DNA of 64,000 nucleotides from Candidatus Polarisedimenticolia bacterium (GCA_036004685.1 DASYRE010000024.1:234-64233); one strand, 5' to 3'. Positions 29,576 to 39,256 are shown, counted from the first letter of the stretch. The notes: generated by a model not told the origin, from the sequence alone. Made by a program: numbers and translations.

Positions 29576-30265
29576 GTGCTAACCTTGCTTCCGATGGAAA
29601 CCGGCAAGCTCCGGTGGGTGTCGATCTTCGCCGTGGCCATGGCCTACTTGGAAGCGGCCACCGTCGTCTATCTCCGCCGCGTTTTCGGAATCACCGACCT
29701 CATCCGGGACACTTCGCCCTACGATCCCGCGATCGCGGCGGTGGAGCTCGGCCGGGAGCTGGCGACGCTGATCATGCTGCTGGCGCTCGGCTGGGCGGCC
29801 GGGAAATCCAGGCAGTCGCGCCTGGGCTTCGCCTTTTTCGCCTTCGGCCTGTGGGACATCGCCTATTACGCGTGGCTCCGGCTCCTGCTCGCCTGGCCCG
29901 CCTCGCTGCTCTCCTTCGACCTGCTGTTCCTCATTCCGCTGCCGTGGTGGGGGCCCGTCCTCAGCCCCGTTCTGATCGCGCTGCTGTGCATGGCGGGCGG
30001 GGCCCTGACGGTTCGGGCCGAGGATCGGGGCCGGCGGTTGCGACCGCACCTGCCGGAGGGGATTGCCGCGGCGGCCGGGACGCTCGCCGTGCTCTATGCT
30101 TTCATGGCCGACGCCCTTTCCGCCCTGCCGGCCGACGCCGAGACGCTGGATCGGCTGCGGCCGGCGCCGTTCCGGTGGCCCATTTACCTGGCGGGTTTGG
30201 GGCTGCTGGCGTGGGCCGTGTGGAGAATCGTCCGACCCGCGACGCAGCCGGCCGCGGAGCGCTGA
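29576..30265 (+). CDS. Small polytopic membrane protein (6 TM), unknown function
   Basis: Strongly hydrophobic with Trp-rich helices. The stop abuts the LMF gene start (TGA-TTG), which suggests an operon. Confidence 0.4.
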   Translation: MLTLLPMETGKLRWVSIFAVAMAYLEAATVVYLRRVFGITDLIRDTSPYDPAIAAVELGRELATLIMLLALGWAAGKSRQSRLGFAFFAFGLWDIAYYAWLRLLLAWPASLLSFDLLFLIPLPWWGPVLSPVLIALLCMAGGALTVRAEDRGRRLRPHLPEGIAAAAGTLAVLYAFMADALSALPADAETLDRLRPAPFRWPIYLAGLGLLAWAVWRIVRPATQPAAER

Positions 30266-31792
30266 TTGACGCGGGGCGAGCCCTCCTCGTACTGGCTCAC
30301 CCGGTTCTTTATCCTGCGTCTGCTCGGTCTCGTCTACCTGGTCGCGTTTCTGGGCCTCGCGCTTCAGCTCGTCCCTCTGTTGGGAGAGCATGGTCTCTTG
30401 CCGATCGGCCTCTTCCTCGGCCGGGCGGAAGCCGCGTACGGAAGCCGTCTGGGGGGATTCCTCCAGTTCCCCAGCGTCTTCTGGCTCGCCTCCTCCGATC
30501 GAATCCTGCTCGGCGGGGCCTGGCTGGGCGCCGCGCTCTCGCTGGCCGTGCTTCTCGGATACGCCAACGGGATCATGCTGGCGATCCTGTGGGCCCTCTA
30601 CCTCTCGTTCGTCCACGTCGGCCAGGACTGGTACGGCTACGGCTGGGAGATTCAGCTCCTCGAGACCGGCTTTCTGGCCATCTTTCTCTGCCCGCTGCTG
30701 GACGGGCGCCCCTTTCCGCGGCGCGAGCCGGCGGCCCCCGTGCTCTGGCTCTTCCGGTGGCTGGCGTTCCGCATCATGCTTGGCGCCGGCCTGATCAAGC
30801 TGCGCGGCGATTCCTGCTGGAGGGATTTGACCTGCCTCGATTATCACTACGAGACGCAGCCGATCCCCAATCCGCTGAGCCGGACGCTGCACTTCATGCC
30901 CCGCGGATTCCAGAAGCTGGGAGTGCTGTTCAATCACCTCAACGAGCTGGTCGCTCCGTGGTTCGTCTTCGGCCCGCGCCTCGCGCGGCATGCCGCCGGC
31001 TGCCTTCTGGTCGCCTTCCAGATCACGCTGATTCTCAGCGGCAACCTCTCCTTCCTGAACTACCTCACGATCATCCCGATCCTGGCCTGCTTCGACGATT
31101 CCTTGTTTCGCAGGGTCGTTCCGGCGCGGCTGGCGGAGAAGGCGGCGCACTCCGCGGCGCGGGCGGAGGCCTCCCCGGCGCAGCGCGTCGCGGCCGTCGC
31201 GCTGGTGGCGCTGGTCGCCGTCCTGAGCATCGATCCCATCCGCAATCTCCTGTCCTCCCGTCAGGCGATGAACACCTCCTTCAACCGCCTCGATCTCGTG
31301 AACACCTACGGCGCCTTCGGCAGCGTCGGCCGTGAGCGGAACGAGATCGTCTTCGAAGGCACGAAGGATCCGATCCTCACCGACCAGACGGTCTGGAGGG
31401 AATACGAATTCAAGTGCAAGCCCGGGGATCCAAAGCGCCGTCCGTGCATCGTCTCCCCGTACCATTACCGCCTGGACTGGCAGATATGGTTCGCCGCGAT
31501 GTCGCGGCCGGAGCGCTATCCATGGACGATTCACCTGATCTGGAAGCTCCTTCACAACGATCCGGAGACCCTGGGCCTGCTCGCGGGGAATCCCTTTCCC
31601 GAGTCGCCCCCGCGCTGGATTCGGGCCGTCCTGTATCGCTACCGGTTCGCTCCGCCGGGCGATCCCGAGGGAGGCTGGTGGCGGCGGACCCTTCTCGGGG
31701 CGTGGATTCAGCCGCTGCAGTCGGAGGATCCGCGCCTGCGCCGTTTTCTCGCGGCGCACGGCTGGCTCGATCCGGAGGAAGGAGAACCGTAA
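30266..31792 (+). CDS. Lipase maturation factor (LMF1-like, DUF1222) family membrane protein
   Basis: Characteristic block YLSFVHVGQDWYGYGWEIQLLETGFLAIFLCP and C-terminal conserved region (NTYGAFGSVG...YEFKCKPGDPKRRPCIVSPYHYRLDWQIWFAA). The family assignment is from memory of LMF1 homologs. Confidence 0.6.
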   Translation: MTRGEPSSYWLTRFFILRLLGLVYLVAFLGLALQLVPLLGEHGLLPIGLFLGRAEAAYGSRLGGFLQFPSVFWLASSDRILLGGAWLGAALSLAVLLGYANGIMLAILWALYLSFVHVGQDWYGYGWEIQLLETGFLAIFLCPLLDGRPFPRREPAAPVLWLFRWLAFRIMLGAGLIKLRGDSCWRDLTCLDYHYETQPIPNPLSRTLHFMPRGFQKLGVLFNHLNELVAPWFVFGPRLARHAAGCLLVAFQITLILSGNLSFLNYLTIIPILACFDDSLFRRVVPARLAEKAAHSAARAEASPAQRVAAVALVALVAVLSIDPIRNLLSSRQAMNTSFNRLDLVNTYGAFGSVGRERNEIVFEGTKDPILTDQTVWREYEFKCKPGDPKRRPCIVSPYHYRLDWQIWFAAMSRPERYPWTIHLIWKLLHNDPETLGLLAGNPFPESPPRWIRAVLYRYRFAPPGDPEGGWWRRTLLGAWIQPLQSEDPRLRRFLAAHGWLDPEEGEP

Positions 31793-31937
31793 GGCGCGAA
31801 GGGGCGGGACGGCCTCGCGGCGCGGTTGACATTCCGGGGAAGCGCCTTGATGATCGCGCCGCCGGCGCGGCGGCGTCGCGCGGTCTCTTGACGCTCGGGC
31901 GCGCAAGCCCGGAGAACGAGGCACGAAGGAGGGCGGA

Positions 31938-33725
31938 GTGGAGATCCGGGTTCTGGGCGACATCCTGACGCAGCTGGAGCGGGATCACCCGCGGAGCGAT
32001 CTCTTCCGCTACAAGTCGGCCGGCTCGTGGCACGACATCTCCACCGAGGATTTCTTCTCGACGGTCAGGTCCCTCGCCCTGGGGCTCGAGACGCTCGGAG
32101 TCGTGAAGGGGGAGCGCGTCGCGATCCTGTCCGAAAACCGGCCCGAGTGGACCGCCTTCGATCACGCGCTGCTCAGCCTGGGCGCCGTCGTGGTGCCGAT
32201 CTACGCGTCGCTTCTCACCGAGCAGGTCCGCTTCATCCTGGAGAACAGCGAGGCGCGCGCGGTGGTCGTCTCCGGAGCCGCCCAGCTGGGGAAGCTGCGC
32301 CCCGCCCTGCCCTCCCTTCCCGCTCTCGCGCAGATCCTCATCCTGGACGCCGGCGAGACGCCGCCGGGGGACGCCGTTTCCTGGACGGCGGTCCTGGCGG
32401 CGGGCGAGGCGGCGCATCGAGCGGAGCCGGAGCGGTTCGAGGCCCGCCGCGCGGCGATCCGGCCGGAGGATCCGGCGAGCATCCTCTACACCTCGGGGAC
32501 CACCGGGGAGCCGAAGGGAGTGGTGCTCACGCACGGCAACTTCGCCTTCAACGTCAACGCGACGCTCAAGCTGATCCCCTTCTCCTCGGACGACGTCACC
32601 CTGTCGTTCCTGCCGCTGACGCACGTCTTCGAGCGCATGGTGGAATTCGCCTATTTGTCGGCGGGAGCGAGCATCGCCTACGCGGAGTCGATCGAGGCGG
32701 TTCCCCAGAACATGGCCGAGGTGCGCCCGACCGTGGTGTCGAGCGTCCCGCGCTTCTTCGAGAAAGCCCACGACCGTATCGTCTCCAACGTCCGCTCCTT
32801 GCCCTGGCCGCGCCGGCTCCTCGCCGGGCTCCTGCTGCGGGAGGCGCGCCGCCGGGCGCGCGCCCTGCTGGAGAAGCACCCGGTGCCGCCCCTCGCTCGC
32901 CTGCTCCATCCCCTCGCCGATCGCCGCATCTTCGCTCCCATCCGGGAGAAGATGGGCGGGCGGATCCGGTTCTTCGTCTCGGGCGGCGCCCCGCTCGCCC
33001 CGCGCATCGCCGAGTTTTTCTACGCCGCCGGGATCCCGATCCTCGAGGGGTACGGCTTGACGGAAACCTCGCCGGTCGTCGCCGTCAACACGCTGGAAAA
33101 GATCCGTCTCGGCACGGTCGGCCCGGTGATCCCGGGCGTGGAAGTCCGGATCGCCGAGGACGGCGAGATCCTGGTCCGCGGCCCCAACGTGATGCAGGGC
33201 TACTTCCGGAACGAGGCGGCGACCCGGGAGGCGATGAAGGACGGTTGGTTCCACACGGGGGACATCGGCGTCATCGATCCCGACGGCTTCCTGCGGATCA
33301 CCGACCGCAAGAAGGAGGTTCTCAAGACGTCCGGAGGCAAGATGGTCGCCCCCCAGCCTCTGGAGAACCTCCTGAAGTCCGACCGGGCGATCAGCCAGGC
33401 GGTCGTCCTGGGAGACCGTCGCAAGTTCGTCTCGGCCTTGATCGTTCCCGATTTCGACTGGCTTGCCTCCTTCGCCCGCGCCAAGCAGATCTCCACCAGG
33501 AGCCTGGACGAGCTCCTGCGCGATCCCCGCGTCCTCGATCTCTACCGCGCCCGGATCCGCGCGAAGATGGCGGGGCTGCCGTCCTACGAGACGGTGAAGA
33601 AATTCCGGCTCCTTCCCCGGGAGCTTTCCCAGGAGGCGGGCGAGCTGACCCCGACCTTGAAGGTGAAGCGGCGGGTCATCGAGCAGAAGTACGCGGATTT
33701 GATCGAATCGATCTACAAGGAGTGA
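31938..33725 (+). CDS. Long-chain-fatty-acid-CoA ligase (AMP-binding, FadD-like)
   Basis: YTSGTTGEPKGVVLTHGN; GYGLTETSP; TGDIG; GGKMVAPQP motifs. GTG start. Confidence 0.8.
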   Translation: MEIRVLGDILTQLERDHPRSDLFRYKSAGSWHDISTEDFFSTVRSLALGLETLGVVKGERVAILSENRPEWTAFDHALLSLGAVVVPIYASLLTEQVRFILENSEARAVVVSGAAQLGKLRPALPSLPALAQILILDAGETPPGDAVSWTAVLAAGEAAHRAEPERFEARRAAIRPEDPASILYTSGTTGEPKGVVLTHGNFAFNVNATLKLIPFSSDDVTLSFLPLTHVFERMVEFAYLSAGASIAYAESIEAVPQNMAEVRPTVVSSVPRFFEKAHDRIVSNVRSLPWPRRLLAGLLLREARRRARALLEKHPVPPLARLLHPLADRRIFAPIREKMGGRIRFFVSGGAPLAPRIAEFFYAAGIPILEGYGLTETSPVVAVNTLEKIRLGTVGPVIPGVEVRIAEDGEILVRGPNVMQGYFRNEAATREAMKDGWFHTGDIGVIDPDGFLRITDRKKEVLKTSGGKMVAPQPLENLLKSDRAISQAVVLGDRRKFVSALIVPDFDWLASFARAKQISTRSLDELLRDPRVLDLYRARIRAKMAGLPSYETVKKFRLLPRELSQEAGELTPTLKVKRRVIEQKYADLIESIYKE

Positions 33726-33748
33726 GCTTGGAGTCGAAATTGCTCGAC

Positions 33749-34516
33749 ATGCGGGAATGTGCCCGGCGGGAATTCCGGGAGATCCACAGCGAGATGCTCC
33801 GCCTGTCGCTGCTCCAACAGCCGTCGTGGTTCCGGCCGCTGCTCCACCGGAGCCGCCGTCTCAAGAGCTACACGGGACACGATCACTGGTCCCGGGCCTG
33901 GGAGTATCCGTGGGCGATCCTGGCGGCCGATCTGGGCGGCCGGCCCTTGAGGGTGGCGGACATCGGGGGCGGCGGCAGTCCTTTCGCGCTCTATCTGGCC
34001 CGGCACGGCCACGACTGCTCGGTCGTCGACCCTTCGCTGAACGAAGGGGCGGGATGCGTCTACGACCAGCGAAAGAGCCTCGGCGCGAACCTCCGCTCGA
34101 TGAGCAAGAAAGTCCTGTTCCGCGCCGCCGGAATCAACTCGGTCTGGGGACTCCCCGAGGCGGGCGGCGACGATCGCATCCGGTATCACGCCGATCCGGC
34201 CGAGGCCCTGCCCTTTCCCGACGGCCATTTCGATCGCGTCTTCTGCCTGAGCGTCATCGAACACATTCCCTCCGAGCTCTGGGCCGGATGCGTGAAGGAG
34301 TTCCAAAGGGTTCTGCGCCCGGGCGGCCGGCTCGTGATCACGCAGGACATGACGCCCGAGGAGGCCAACGCGCGCGTCTATCTGAAGCTGGTGGAGGCTT
34401 GCTCCCTCGAGCTCGTCGGCGACCCCCATTATCCGGTCCCTCTCGACCCGGGACAGCAGAGGCTCCGGCATCCCGGACAGGGATACGAGACGATCGGCCT
34501 CGTCTGGCGGAGCTGA
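33749..34516 (+). CDS. Class I SAM-dependent methyltransferase
   Basis: Motif I (VADIGGGGSPFALYLARHGHDCSVVD), acidic loop, motif (FDRVFCLSVIEHI) and (PGGRLVIT). The start could also be GTG 33722 overlapping the ligase stop (GTGA). Confidence 0.65.
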   Translation: MRECARREFREIHSEMLRLSLLQQPSWFRPLLHRSRRLKSYTGHDHWSRAWEYPWAILAADLGGRPLRVADIGGGGSPFALYLARHGHDCSVVDPSLNEGAGCVYDQRKSLGANLRSMSKKVLFRAAGINSVWGLPEAGGDDRIRYHADPAEALPFPDGHFDRVFCLSVIEHIPSELWAGCVKEFQRVLRPGGRLVITQDMTPEEANARVYLKLVEACSLELVGDPHYPVPLDPGQQRLRHPGQGYETIGLVWRS

Positions 34517-34691
34517 TTGCCCGGCGCCAGGCTCCTCGAGACGCCCGCGCACGATCCGCTCCTCAGGATGCCGCGCGCGGCATACCCTCACGACGTCCCG
34601 GGCTCTGAGGTATACAATGACTCCCCTTCGGCCGGAGGATCGGTCGATCACGTAGTCACCTCCGCGGGGCGACCCGCATCGAAAGGAGATT

Positions 34692-35387
34692 ATGAAACCC
34701 ACCGTCGGCTCGCTGGTCCTCACGGCGATCCTTGCCCTCTTTGGATGCGGATCCGGCTCGCATAGCACGAAGGGTTCGGATCCGAAAACGGAGCAGGACA
34801 AGACCTTCTACGCTCTCGGCCTTCTGGTTGGCGCCAATCTGACCCAGTTTTCGCTCACGCCCGAGGAGATGGAGTTCGTCAGCAAAGGCGTGGCGGACGC
34901 CGCCGCCCATGCCAAGCCCCAGGTCGATCTCCATGTCTACGGCCCCAAAGTCCAGGAGCTGATGAAGGCGCGGGCCGGAGCCTCGCTGGCCGCCGAAAAA
35001 CAGAAAGCCGCCGCCTTCCGCGAAGGCGCTGCGAAGGAGGAGGGCGCGCAGAAAAGCCCGTCGGGCCTCGTCTACCGGACGCTCAAGCCGGGCACCGGCG
35101 CGACTCCCACGATGACCGACACGGTCAAAGTCCATTATCAAGGCGCGCTCCCGGACGGCACGGTCTTCGACAGCTCGATTCAGCGCGGCCAGCCGGTGGA
35201 GTTTCCGCTGAACGCCGTCATTCCCTGCTGGACGGAAGGGGTCCAGAAAATGAAGGTGGGGGAGAAGGCCAAGCTGATCTGTCCTTCGGAAATCGCCTAC
35301 GGCGATCAGGGACGTCCGCCTCAGATTCCCGGCGGGGCGACGCTGGTCTTCGAGGTCGAGCTGCTGGACATCGTCAAGAAGCAGTGA
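34692..35387 (+). CDS. FKBP-type peptidyl-prolyl cis-trans isomerase, lipoprotein
   Basis: Lipobox (LALFGCGSG), FkpA-like helical N-domain, and FKBP domain (VHYQGALPDGTVFDSS...GGATLVFEVELLD). GAAAGGAG RBS. Confidence 0.8.
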   Translation: MKPTVGSLVLTAILALFGCGSGSHSTKGSDPKTEQDKTFYALGLLVGANLTQFSLTPEEMEFVSKGVADAAAHAKPQVDLHVYGPKVQELMKARAGASLAAEKQKAAAFREGAAKEEGAQKSPSGLVYRTLKPGTGATPTMTDTVKVHYQGALPDGTVFDSSIQRGQPVEFPLNAVIPCWTEGVQKMKVGEKAKLICPSEIAYGDQGRPPQIPGGATLVFEVELLDIVKKQ

Positions 35388-36826
35388 GGTCCGGCCTCCC
35401 TCCTCTTCTGGTCCTGGTACTGCTCTTTCCCGCCGCGGGGGCGCCGGCGGCCGAGCCGGCGCCGGCCTCCCCGGCGCCGGGTGTCGTGGCTCCAAAGCTG
35501 ACGTGCACCTCCGATCCGACCCGGTCGTACGCTCTCTACCTGCCGCTCTCCTACGATCCGGCCCGCCCGGCGCCGGTCCTCTATCTCATGGACGCGCGCG
35601 GTCGGGCCCTCGCCGCTTTGGAGCGCTTCCGGGAAGGGGCAGAGCGCTTCGGCACCGTGCTGGCCAGCTCCTACGATTCCGCCAGCGATCGGCAAGTCGA
35701 TCCGAACTCCCAGGCGCTCGCCGCAATGTGGCGCGACACGCACCAGCGGCTGCGCCTGGACGATGGGCGCGTCTACCTCGGCGGTTTCTCGGGGACCGCC
35801 CGCGCCGCAATCGAGATGGCGCTCGCGGAGCGGGGCAAGATCGCCGGAGTGATCGCGGCGGGCGCGGGGTTCCCTTCTGGCAGCGCCCCGGAGGCCGGCC
35901 TCCCGTTCGTGCTTTTCGGGACCGCCGGCGACGAAGACTTCAATTACGACGAGATGCTGCAGCTGGACGAGACCCTCGATCGTCTGGGGATCGTCCATCG
36001 CATCGAAGTCTTCCGAGGAGGGCACGATTGGATGCCCGCGCGGCTCGCGAGCCGCGCCCTCGCCTGGATGGAGCTCCAGGCGATGGCCGCGGCGAAGCGG
36101 AACCGCGAGGCCTCCCTGATCAGCTCGCTTTGGACCGAAGCTCTCGGCGAGGCCCGGTCGCTCGAACAAGAGGGAAGGCCGTCGGAAGCGGCGCGGCTCT
36201 ATCGCGCCACGGCCGCCGACTTTCGGGGTCTCCTCGACGTCGCGGAGGCGTCGGAGCCGGCTCTGCGGCTGGCGGGCTCCGAGAGGGTGCGGCGTGAGAG
36301 GCGCGAGGATGAAAACCTGCGAAGGCGCGAGCGCCAGGTCCTCTCCGAAGCCTGGCGCCTCCTCGGCGCCGCGTCATCCTCTTCCTCGGTCTCGTCCGAT
36401 CCCGCGAGACTTCCGGCCGCTCTCCGGCTCGACGAATGGAAAAGGAAGAGCCGGGGAAAGGATCCGCGGCTCGCGGCGTCCGCCCGGCGGATCCTGAACG
36501 CTCTCCTGGTCCAGACCGCCTATTACCTTCCCGAAGAAGCTTCCCGCAGAAAAGACGATCGGGCCGTGATTCTCTGCCTGACCGTCGCCGCCGCCATCCG
36601 TCCGGAGGATCCGGAGCTGCTCTACCGTCTCGCCGCGGCCCGCGCCCGCGCCGGCGACAGCCGGGAGGCGCTCCGGAGCCTGGAGCGCGCGGTGCAGCGG
36701 GGATTCGCGGATCTGGAGCGGCTCAGGCAGGACGACGACTTCAAGCGGCTGCGGGGGGATCGCGCCTACCGGCGGCTGGAGGCGGAAGTGGAAGGGAGGC
36801 GGGGGGTGCGTCCCCCCGCCTCCTGA
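35384..36826 (+). CDS. Secreted alpha/beta-hydrolase (esterase/depolymerase-like) with C-terminal helical-repeat region
   Basis: Signal peptide, a GGFSGTA nucleophile-elbow-like motif, and the Ala/Arg-rich helical C-terminus. GTG overlaps the FKBP gene stop. Confidence 0.5.
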   Translation: MRSGLPPLLVLVLLFPAAGAPAAEPAPASPAPGVVAPKLTCTSDPTRSYALYLPLSYDPARPAPVLYLMDARGRALAALERFREGAERFGTVLASSYDSASDRQVDPNSQALAAMWRDTHQRLRLDDGRVYLGGFSGTARAAIEMALAERGKIAGVIAAGAGFPSGSAPEAGLPFVLFGTAGDEDFNYDEMLQLDETLDRLGIVHRIEVFRGGHDWMPARLASRALAWMELQAMAAAKRNREASLISSLWTEALGEARSLEQEGRPSEAARLYRATAADFRGLLDVAEASEPALRLAGSERVRRERREDENLRRRERQVLSEAWRLLGAASSSSSVSSDPARLPAALRLDEWKRKSRGKDPRLAASARRILNALLVQTAYYLPEEASRRKDDRAVILCLTVAAAIRPEDPELLYRLAAARARAGDSREALRSLERAVQRGFADLERLRQDDDFKRLRGDRAYRRLEAEVEGRRGVRPPAS

Positions 36827-36841
36827 GGGCGCCGAAGGAGG

Positions 36842-37273
36842 TCAGTTTTCGAGCTTCGCGTCCAGCTCGAAGACGACGTTGTTCTTGAGGGCGTTGGACA
36901 CGGGGCATCCTTCCTTCGCCTTCTCCGCGGCCTCCTGGAAGGCGTGAGCGTCGATCCCCGGCACCTTCCCCCGGACCTCCAGCCGCATCTTGGTGATGCG
37001 GAATCCCTCCCCGACCTTGTCAAGGGACGCCGAGGCTCGCGTCGAAATCTGGGTCGCCGGAGTGCCGGCGCGCTCCAGCCCGGCAGCCAGAGCCATGCTG
37101 AGGCAGCCGGCATGCGCAGCCGCAATCAGCTCTTCGGGGTTCGTCCCCTCGCCCTCCTCGAAACGGGAGGGGAAGGAATAGGCCCCTTCGAAGATGCCTT
37201 TTCCGACCGTGACGAGTCCCTTTCCGGACTTGAGGCCGCCTTTCCAGACGGCGCTTGAATGGCGAGTGGGCAT
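36842..37273 (-). CDS. OsmC/Ohr-family peroxiredoxin-like protein
   Basis: Two conserved Cys regions (AAAHAGCLSMAL; EGCPVSNAL). ATG at 37273 with GGAGA RBS. Confidence 0.75.
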   Translation of the reverse strand: MPTRHSSAVWKGGLKSGKGLVTVGKGIFEGAYSFPSRFEEGEGTNPEELIAAAHAGCLSMALAAGLERAGTPATQISTRASASLDKVGEGFRITKMRLEVRGKVPGIDAHAFQEAAEKAKEGCPVSNALKNNVVFELDAKLEN

Positions 37274-37419
37274 GGTCGTCTCCTTTGTGCAGAGTCCAAT
37301 GGCGGATTCAGATCGTCCGACGCTCGATTCCGGAGCCGTGAGGCCCCAGTTAACCATGAGACGCGCCCGCGGGACAACCTCCGGTTGACGCGCTCCTTCG
37401 AGGACGGCACACTTCCTTC

Positions 37420-38286
37420 ATGTCGAAAGATCCCGGCTCTTCTCATTCCGTGGCGGGCGTCGGGCCGGAGGAGGCGGAGCGTCGCGTCCGGGAGCAGCGC
37501 GTGAGGGTCCTGGACGTCCGCACGCCCGAGGAGTACCGGGATCTGGGGCACATCCCGGGAGCGATCCTCCTGCCCGTCGATCTAATCGCCGCGGCGCCCG
37601 CGACGCTCCCGCTTGAGGGGAAGCCCCTTCTGGTCTGTTGCGAGCACGGAGTGCGGAGCGCCGCGGCGGCGCGCTTCCTGATCGCGGCCGGCTTCGAGGG
37701 AGTGCTGAATCTCTCGGGAGGGCTGTCGCGGTGGCGCGGGCCGCGGGAGTTCTCTTCCGGCGATCCCTGTCATCCCGCCGGCCCGTCCTCCTGGCTCGTG
37801 AAGAATGCGCGCCTGCTGCCGGCGGGCGGCAACGCCCTCGACGTCGCCTGCGGCGCGGGCCGCAACGCGCTGCTGCTGGCCGCCGCGGGCTTCCGAGTTC
37901 GGGCGGTGGATCGGGACGAGCGCAAGATCCAATCCCTCGATCGGACGGCTCGGAAGCTGGGACTGCCGCTGTCGGCGGAGGTTCTCGATCTCGAAAGCGC
38001 GACCACCGATCTCGGGGACTCCGTCTACGATCTCGTTCTGGTCACCCGCTACCTGCACCGGCCTCTTTTCCCGGCCTTGATCCGGGCGCTGCGCCGGGGC
38101 GGCCTGTTGCTCTACGAGACGTTCACCGAGGAGCACGGCCGGCGCGGAGGCCCTCCCACCTGTCCCGACTTCCTTCTGGAAACCGGAGAGCTTCGCCGGC
38201 TCGCGGCGCCTCTGGAGGTTCTCCGGGAAAGGGAAGGGGAGTTCGACGGAGGAATGGTCGCCGGGATCGCGGCCCGCCGGCGGTAG
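37420..38286 (+). CDS. Rhodanese domain fused to TehB-like SAM-dependent methyltransferase
   Basis: The N-terminal rhodanese domain has a catalytic Cys loop (LLVCCEHGVRSA). The C-terminal domain has methyltransferase motif I (LDVACGAGRNALLLAAAGFRVRAVD) and downstream (VYDLVLV; GGLLLYE). Confidence 0.65.
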   Translation: MSKDPGSSHSVAGVGPEEAERRVREQRVRVLDVRTPEEYRDLGHIPGAILLPVDLIAAAPATLPLEGKPLLVCCEHGVRSAAAARFLIAAGFEGVLNLSGGLSRWRGPREFSSGDPCHPAGPSSWLVKNARLLPAGGNALDVACGAGRNALLLAAAGFRVRAVDRDERKIQSLDRTARKLGLPLSAEVLDLESATTDLGDSVYDLVLVTRYLHRPLFPALIRALRRGGLLLYETFTEEHGRRGGPPTCPDFLLETGELRRLAAPLEVLREREGEFDGGMVAGIAARRR

Positions 38287-38299
38287 GCACCAACGGAAA

Positions 38300-39211
38300 T
38301 CAGCGCGGTTTCGAGCGGTCCAGAAGATCCCGCAACGCCGTCTCCAGATCGGAATGCCGGTAGCGGTAGCCGGAGGCTTGCAGCCTCTCCGGCTTCACCC
38401 GGACGCTGGCCAGGAGGGCCGCGTCCCCCATCTCGCCGAACAACAAGCGGATGGCGAAGGCCGGAACGGGAAAGACGGCGGGCCGGCTGAGAACCGACGC
38501 GAGAACCCGGGTGAATGCGCGGTTGGTGACCGGCTGGGGAGCCACGGTGTTCAGCGGCCCGGACAGGGCTTCGGTGCGCAGAGCGTGCTGGATGGCGCCG
38601 ACGGCGTCCTGCAGGGAAATCCAGCTCATCTGCTGGTCCCCGGAGCCGACCACGCCTCCCATTCCCAGGCGGAAGGGAACCAGCATTTTCTTCAGGGCGC
38701 CGCCCGCCGGAGAGAGAATGACTCCGAATCGCGCACAGACGACGCGGATCCCCTTGCGCGCCGCCGCCTCGGTGGCTTTCTCCCACGCCTGACAGACCTC
38801 GGGCAGGAAGCCGCTCCCCGGGGGGCTGTTCTCGGTGAGGACTTCCGCCCCGCGATCGCCGTAATATCCGATCGCCGAAGCGGAGAGCAGGACGCGCGGC
38901 GGCCGCGCGAGGCTCACCAGCGCCTCGGAAAGCAGCCGGGTCCCCTCGACGCGGCTGCGACGGATGCGGCGCTTCTTGGCCTCGGTCCAGCGCCCCTCGG
39001 CGATATTCTCTCCGGCCAGGTGCACGACGGCGTCGAGCCCCTCGAGCGCGGCGGCATCCAGGCGCCCCGCTTCAGGATCCCACGAAACGGAGGGGCCTTC
39101 CGCCTTGGCGCCGGGACGGATAAGCCGGATCGCTTCGTCCCCCGCGGCGGCGAGGGACTGCCTCAGGGCCGAACCCACCAGGCCGCTCGATCCCGATATC
39201 AGCACTCTCAT
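38300..39211 (-). CDS. TIGR01777/YfcH-like NAD-dependent epimerase family protein (SDR39U1)
   Basis: N-terminal GSSGLVGSAL Rossmann motif and the C-terminal DUF1731-like region. Confidence 0.7.
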   Translation of the reverse strand: MRVLISGSSGLVGSALRQSLAAAGDEAIRLIRPGAKAEGPSVSWDPEAGRLDAAALEGLDAVVHLAGENIAEGRWTEAKKRRIRRSRVEGTRLLSEALVSLARPPRVLLSASAIGYYGDRGAEVLTENSPPGSGFLPEVCQAWEKATEAAARKGIRVVCARFGVILSPAGGALKKMLVPFRLGMGGVVGSGDQQMSWISLQDAVGAIQHALRTEALSGPLNTVAPQPVTNRAFTRVLASVLSRPAVFPVPAFAIRLLFGEMGDAALLASVRVKPERLQASGYRYRHSDLETALRDLLDRSKPR

Positions 39212-39256
39212 GCCCGCGAGGATTCCATACTCGCGCGCCGATGTCCAGGCTCGGCG

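Noticed and set aside
32027-33721. N-terminal 565 aa of the 829-aa ORF 32027..34516
   Set aside because: An alternative frame through the FadD-like ligase gene. Only the last about 255 aa (from ATG 33749) carry methyltransferase motifs.
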